53,017 nt of DNA from Trichomonas gallinae. Its lineage: Eukaryota. A program made the translations under genes and the position numbers. The stretch is from the NCBI GenBank assembly GCA_008369845.1, contig MRSU01001383.1:1-53017 (forward strand), given 5' to 3'. This document shows positions 48,458 to 53,017 of the stretch, piece by piece. The notes beneath the pieces are model-generated. The model worked only from the letters and a program-made list of their open reading frames with translations. It had not been told where the DNA came from and did no database searches. Positions within the stretch are counted from its first letter, which is position 1; every line of letters begins with the position of its first letter.

Positions 48458-50662
48458 ATGCTGAAGATTGGTTCTCTCTATATTATTGAGCCGGACAAAA
48501 TAGGCGAGGTTGCAGCTACTTTATTGAAACCACAGTTTGCTGCAATGAAATCCAAAAATTTTTCGATTGCGCCCGGCCTTCTGCAGAGCTTTTGGAATAA
48601 TATGCGAAATCAGAAATTTGCGGAATTAGCATTATCTCAGTTCCTCGCGCTCTGTATCGGTGACATCGAAAAGACAAAGACAAAAGATACGTATTCAGCC
48701 CCTCCATACATGAATTCGATATTATCCGCTTTGTTGAACATATCTATTACATTCGGCGATGTCTTCAACAAAGAGGCATTCACACCATACATCGAAAAAA
48801 TATACTCATTCAACATCCCTGATGTTACAATCGTCTTAGCGAAAATTCAATATTACCTTACAACAAAACTCACTTTCAGAAATATGATTGACGGTCTCTT
48901 GTCGGACCAGAAAAACAAATTACTAAACGAATTAACAAGAACATTGCTAATGCTCAAAATGTTGAGATTCTTGAATAACGCTACATTCGAAGAAGCTGAG
49001 CCGCTTTTCACCGATTTAAAGGCTAAGCTCGACTGCTCCGTTAATTTTACGGAATCAATCATTATCCTTCATTTCATTCAACTTATTTTAACCTGTTTCC
49101 CAGGCAAATTCACAGTATATCTCGATCAATGCCTTCCATTCATCGTTACGTTCCTAGCAAAGCCAATGCCGGTCTCTAGAATGGCTCACGATATCGGAGC
49201 CGAAATTAAGAGAGAATTACAGTATCCAGGCGCATCATATTACCAACGCCTCCAGGATATTTCATCTATGAACGTCGCTTTCGATGGAGCCATCCCAGTT
49301 CTCTTTGATCAAAGAGCTTCGATTTTTACAAATTATTGTTATTCCTTGTCTACCAAATTCCAGAATATTCAGTCATGCTTTATCAACTTCGCCAAATTCT
49401 TCGTTCAAAACACGCTTCGCACAACAAAAGACCTTTCAATTGATCGACTTATTAATATAATCAACACACTTTCCTTCGATGAGGAATCCATCAATTCAAT
49501 CAAGACGAAATACAAGATTAAAGAAGATATTCCACCAGAGCAAGTGATTTCTTCCAAAGCTCTCCAACCATTAATCTTCCCGCTTAATATGTGCCGCCTT
49601 TCTCTCAATTTCCAGCCAAATGCAGCTATGCTTACGCCACTAGATACAAATACATACATGTTTATGACTCCGATGCCGGCTCTCTTAAATCGCACGTTCG
49701 TTGATGCAACAATTGCACGCGCAACGCAACTGGCTGACGAGACATCTATAGTCAACCAGCCAATTCTCGTCGCCGGTGACGACCTTATCATTTCATCAGT
49801 TCTTCAAGGCTTGGTCAGCACAATGCTAGACAAATCGAAACAATTATCACGAATATTCTTTACAATTTACTTACTTCCGATCGATGATACATCAGTAAAC
49901 GAATTAGCAAATTCAATCGCACAACGTGATCCAATTTACGCTTCTTTCGTTCGCAGCGCATTCACTGGCGCAGCAGCAACAGCACCAACACACAACGAAG
50001 AGTCAACTGCCGATTTCCCACCCATCATCGAACGAACAAGTAATACTTCCAACAACGTTTATTTCTCAGATCCATCGCCCCTCAATCAGATTCAGTTCGT
50101 TATCCAGCACTATTTAACATTTGCCCGTAACGCCGTTTTGGTAAATATCTGGATGGCCGAACTCGTTACAGACAACGATCCAACGAAGACTATCATCGTC
50201 CCATGGATGACATCCATCCACCTTGGCGATATTTTCGCCGGACAGACGATAGTCAAGTCGCCAGAAGTTCATCCAAAGAGCGTCTTCAAGATGTGCGTCA
50301 CAGAAGTTATGCGCGGCACAGAAGTCATGGAGAAGGAGAAACTTACGTCCCTCTCCGTCTGGAATGTAGGCGGAGACTCAAATGTCAAGCCATCAGATAA
50401 TTGGGTCTTCTTGGAGTGGACAAACAAGAAATTCGAACTCACAGAGTCTAACAGGCGCCCAAAGTTTGCCGATAAGATTACATCCAAGCTCGTTACAGAT
50501 TGGAAGCTTGAAGCAACAGAGAAATCTCCTCCATTCTCGGTTATCATCGACCAGAGGGTCTATGGGCCGCTGAAGTCGATTAGAATAACAAAGATGAACG
50601 ACCCATACCAGCCAAATGAACAGCTCAAGCTTAGGTTCGCGACGTTCCAGCTTTGTAATTAA
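48458..50662 (+). CDS. PI3K class IB regulatory subunit p101/p84-like protein (tentative)
   Basis: Ordered motifs ELQYPGASYYQRL, ILVAGDD, FTIYLLPI, LANSIAQRDPIY, IQHYLTFARNAVLVNIWMAEL, WMTSIHLG and the C-terminal LRFATF. Likely ATG at 48458. The CDS is certain; the family call is by eye. Confidence 0.7.
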   Translation: MLKIGSLYIIEPDKIGEVAATLLKPQFAAMKSKNFSIAPGLLQSFWNNMRNQKFAELALSQFLALCIGDIEKTKTKDTYSAPPYMNSILSALLNISITFGDVFNKEAFTPYIEKIYSFNIPDVTIVLAKIQYYLTTKLTFRNMIDGLLSDQKNKLLNELTRTLLMLKMLRFLNNATFEEAEPLFTDLKAKLDCSVNFTESIIILHFIQLILTCFPGKFTVYLDQCLPFIVTFLAKPMPVSRMAHDIGAEIKRELQYPGASYYQRLQDISSMNVAFDGAIPVLFDQRASIFTNYCYSLSTKFQNIQSCFINFAKFFVQNTLRTTKDLSIDRLINIINTLSFDEESINSIKTKYKIKEDIPPEQVISSKALQPLIFPLNMCRLSLNFQPNAAMLTPLDTNTYMFMTPMPALLNRTFVDATIARATQLADETSIVNQPILVAGDDLIISSVLQGLVSTMLDKSKQLSRIFFTIYLLPIDDTSVNELANSIAQRDPIYASFVRSAFTGAAATAPTHNEESTADFPPIIERTSNTSNNVYFSDPSPLNQIQFVIQHYLTFARNAVLVNIWMAELVTDNDPTKTIIVPWMTSIHLGDIFAGQTIVKSPEVHPKSVFKMCVTEVMRGTEVMEKEKLTSLSVWNVGGDSNVKPSDNWVFLEWTNKKFELTESNRRPKFADKITSKLVTDWKLEATEKSPPFSVIIDQRVYGPLKSIRITKMNDPYQPNEQLKLRFATFQLCN

Positions 50663-51333
50663 GTTGCGCTGGGTTGTTTAGTCAAGAAGTATTATTTTGT
50701 GTATTAATGGTGTTGTTAAGCGTATTATTTTTATTTATTTTTTTTATTTGATTTTATCGATACTATTGGAAAATATTTTATTGATATTAAACTATTCAAG
50801 TGGTCAATATTATTCAGATGTTTTTATTTGAATTGTCTAAATTTAATTTTTCAAAAAATACTTTCTTTTGTTATTAATATCCGCTTCTAAAAATATGACT
50901 TGTAAACCATATTAGAAAAGTCTGCAATCATTAAGATGGCTATAATAAAGATTCGCATCTCTTTTAATTTTTTGACGTTTTTGCACTTTACAATTTACAA
51001 TATGCCATGTAAATATGATTTTTGTCACTAAAGTCTCTTGTAAGTATCATCAATATTTAAAAAGGCCTTATATTTAATCAGCATATCCGGCATCACTTAC
51101 TTATTATACTCACAGAGTTTGAGCCTTCAAAAATAACTTTAAGTGCAGCGTCGACACGTTTTTGACAAGACATGTCACTTTTTAAAATGTATGGATCTTA
51201 ATGCGAAGCCCAAAACATTATAAAGTGTCAATACATTTTGGAAAAGTTGTTATTGAATGAAACCGCCAAAACTGTCTGCCACATCTATTTGAAAAATTTC
51301 GGTTATGACATATCTGCCATTTCATTATTGTTT

Positions 51334-52836
51334 ATGATGGCATCAGCTGATTTCGAAAATAAATTTAGTAGGCTACAAACAAAATACGCGGATTACATTG
51401 AGATAGAGAGACAAATATACAATATGAAACCAGGAGAAAGCCAATATCTTTTAACAAAAATTATTGATTTTCAAAAGAAAACGAATTTCAATCCAATGAA
51501 TTTGCTTTCACTTATTTCTTATGCTACTGAATTCAATTTAAGAAATTTAAGAGAATATCTAAGTCTTTATGATCAAATAAAAAGTAAATTCGATTTACAT
51601 CCAAGCCAAGACAATATAAGTAGGACAATGACTCTAATTTACGCAAATCTATATCCATACGATAAAGAACTCCATTATTACATTCCAGAAGATAAGAAAA
51701 AACATTCATTAGAAGAAATTTTTAGTTTCATGAATCCCGATTCCATTTTAAACACAATACTTAATGATGACATTATAAAATTGAAAGAATTTTTCATGGA
51801 AAATCCTGCAACAGATTTTGATTTGGAAATAGAACTAAGAACACTTCTACAACACTGCTGCTACTATGGCTCCATCAAGTGTTTTCGATTCCTCAGGAGT
51901 AATGGCGCCAAATTGACAGATTTTTGTTTATATTCTAGTACCAATGGAAGGAACAAGGAAATTATAAGTGAATGTTTGAGCGTTATTCCACCAGACCTGA
52001 TGTTAGTGATGCCAGCAATCAGAGCTCATGATTTAGAACTTTTTGCAACCCTTCATCAAACTTTGGACATCCAAGCGGATTCTAATTGTATTGATGATAT
52101 CATCAAATTTTCTTTCTTAGAAGGCTATTTTTATATGATTGCTTCCACAAATAATTTGGACCATTTATTTTTGAACTCATGCAAACTAGGCATCGAAGAA
52201 TTAATTTCTGATATTATCGATTTTGGTGCAAATGTTAATTCGGTGGATAAAAACAATAGAACTATTTTGTTTTACAATGAACTTGCGAATTTCCCAGAAA
52301 CTATGCTTAAGCTGTCAACAAAAGGCATAGATATCGAACACAAAGATGTGAATCAAAAGACTGCATTATTTAGTGCTGTAGAAAATAAACATCTTGAATT
52401 TGCAAAAACATTGATTAAAATTGGTGCTGATGTTAATGTACACTGTAAAAATGGTGACACACCGTTGATTGTTGCTTCAAGAACAAACGATAGCATAGAA
52501 ATGATAAAATTGCTTCTCTCTGCTGCTGCTAAAATTGAAGAAATAAATGATGAAAAAAGCACTGCATTGATTGAAGCCGTCAGGTATAACATGACTGAGA
52601 ATGCAGAGTATTTAATTAGCATTTTAGCTGATGTTAATGCAAAGAATAATGAAGGATGGACACCAATATTCTATGCTATCCTTGCAAATCAAACGAATAT
52701 AGTTTCCCAATTGATCGAAAAACACGCTGATTTGGATGTCAAAAACTCTGAAAATCAGTCACCTTTATCTCTTGCCATACAAACAAATAACACAGATGTT
52801 GCTGACATGTTAAAGAAAGCTGGTGCAAAAATCTAA
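51334..52836 (+). CDS. Trichomonad DUF3447-type ankyrin-repeat protein
   Basis: LLQHCCYYGSIKCFRFLRSN...GRNKEIISECL followed by ankyrin repeats (KTALFSAV, GDTPLIVAS, STALIEAV, GWTPIFYAI, SPLSLAI). ATG 51334 follows an Inr TCATT. Confidence 0.93.
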   Translation: MMASADFENKFSRLQTKYADYIEIERQIYNMKPGESQYLLTKIIDFQKKTNFNPMNLLSLISYATEFNLRNLREYLSLYDQIKSKFDLHPSQDNISRTMTLIYANLYPYDKELHYYIPEDKKKHSLEEIFSFMNPDSILNTILNDDIIKLKEFFMENPATDFDLEIELRTLLQHCCYYGSIKCFRFLRSNGAKLTDFCLYSSTNGRNKEIISECLSVIPPDLMLVMPAIRAHDLELFATLHQTLDIQADSNCIDDIIKFSFLEGYFYMIASTNNLDHLFLNSCKLGIEELISDIIDFGANVNSVDKNNRTILFYNELANFPETMLKLSTKGIDIEHKDVNQKTALFSAVENKHLEFAKTLIKIGADVNVHCKNGDTPLIVASRTNDSIEMIKLLLSAAAKIEEINDEKSTALIEAVRYNMTENAEYLISILADVNAKNNEGWTPIFYAILANQTNIVSQLIEKHADLDVKNSENQSPLSLAIQTNNTDVADMLKKAGAKI

Positions 52837-53017
52837 ATTTCAAAAAATTGAATTTTAAATGTTCGTGATTTCAAAGAAATATTAGCATTTTGCATGGTAT
52901 TATATAGCTAAAATTTCAGCATAGTATAATTAATATTTTTTATTCAAAAAAAGGTATGGAAACTTCGAAGGGATCTAGGAAATTGCCCTAAACTTTGCAG
53001 GTATTATATAGACACCT

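Noticed and set aside
1..53017. Transposons (Maverick, mariner, Mutator), rRNA and tRNA genes
   Set aside because: I saw no transposase, integrase or polymerase ORFs, long TIRs or RNA-gene signatures. The species cannot be fixed from this window.

Overview
AT-rich, gene-dense eukaryotic DNA, almost certainly from a trichomonad (Trichomonas-like parabasalid). The evidence is compact and nearly intronless genes, TCA(C/T)T initiator and AAAGTGAC motifs just upstream of ATGs, a DUF3447-type ankyrin gene, BTB/F5-8C-type genes and a 25-nt intron ending in TCTAACAAACAG. About 30 protein-coding genes are supported. Recognisable ones are PP2C, a RENi (Rad60/Esc2/NIP45)-like SUMO-like-domain protein, an SLC35F-like transporter, a CXC protein, eIF3d, PIP5K, a pseudokinase, a UBL-UBA protein, a bacterial-type GT-C-like membrane protein, an NT-C2/Dilute-like protein, a PHD/SET3-like protein, SEY1/RHD3, SmG, a membrane-anchored MOCOS-like protein, ASF1, a HEH/MSC (Src1/LEM) protein, a GT31 glycosyltransferase, a PSI protein and a PI3K p101/p84-like protein. 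I found no rRNA, tRNA, CRISPR array or recognisable transposon. The most notable observations are: (1) intergenic arrays of a TTTACRYGNCA / TGNCA motif spaced at about 20 bp or other multiples of about 10 bp; (2) an intron-split ASF1 that the ORF track misses; (3) a class IB PI3K regulatory-subunit-like protein far outside animals; (4) several gene relics, including two ankyrin remnants and a copy of a gene's 3' end sitting upstream of its own start. All family calls come from recognising motifs by eye, not from database searches.
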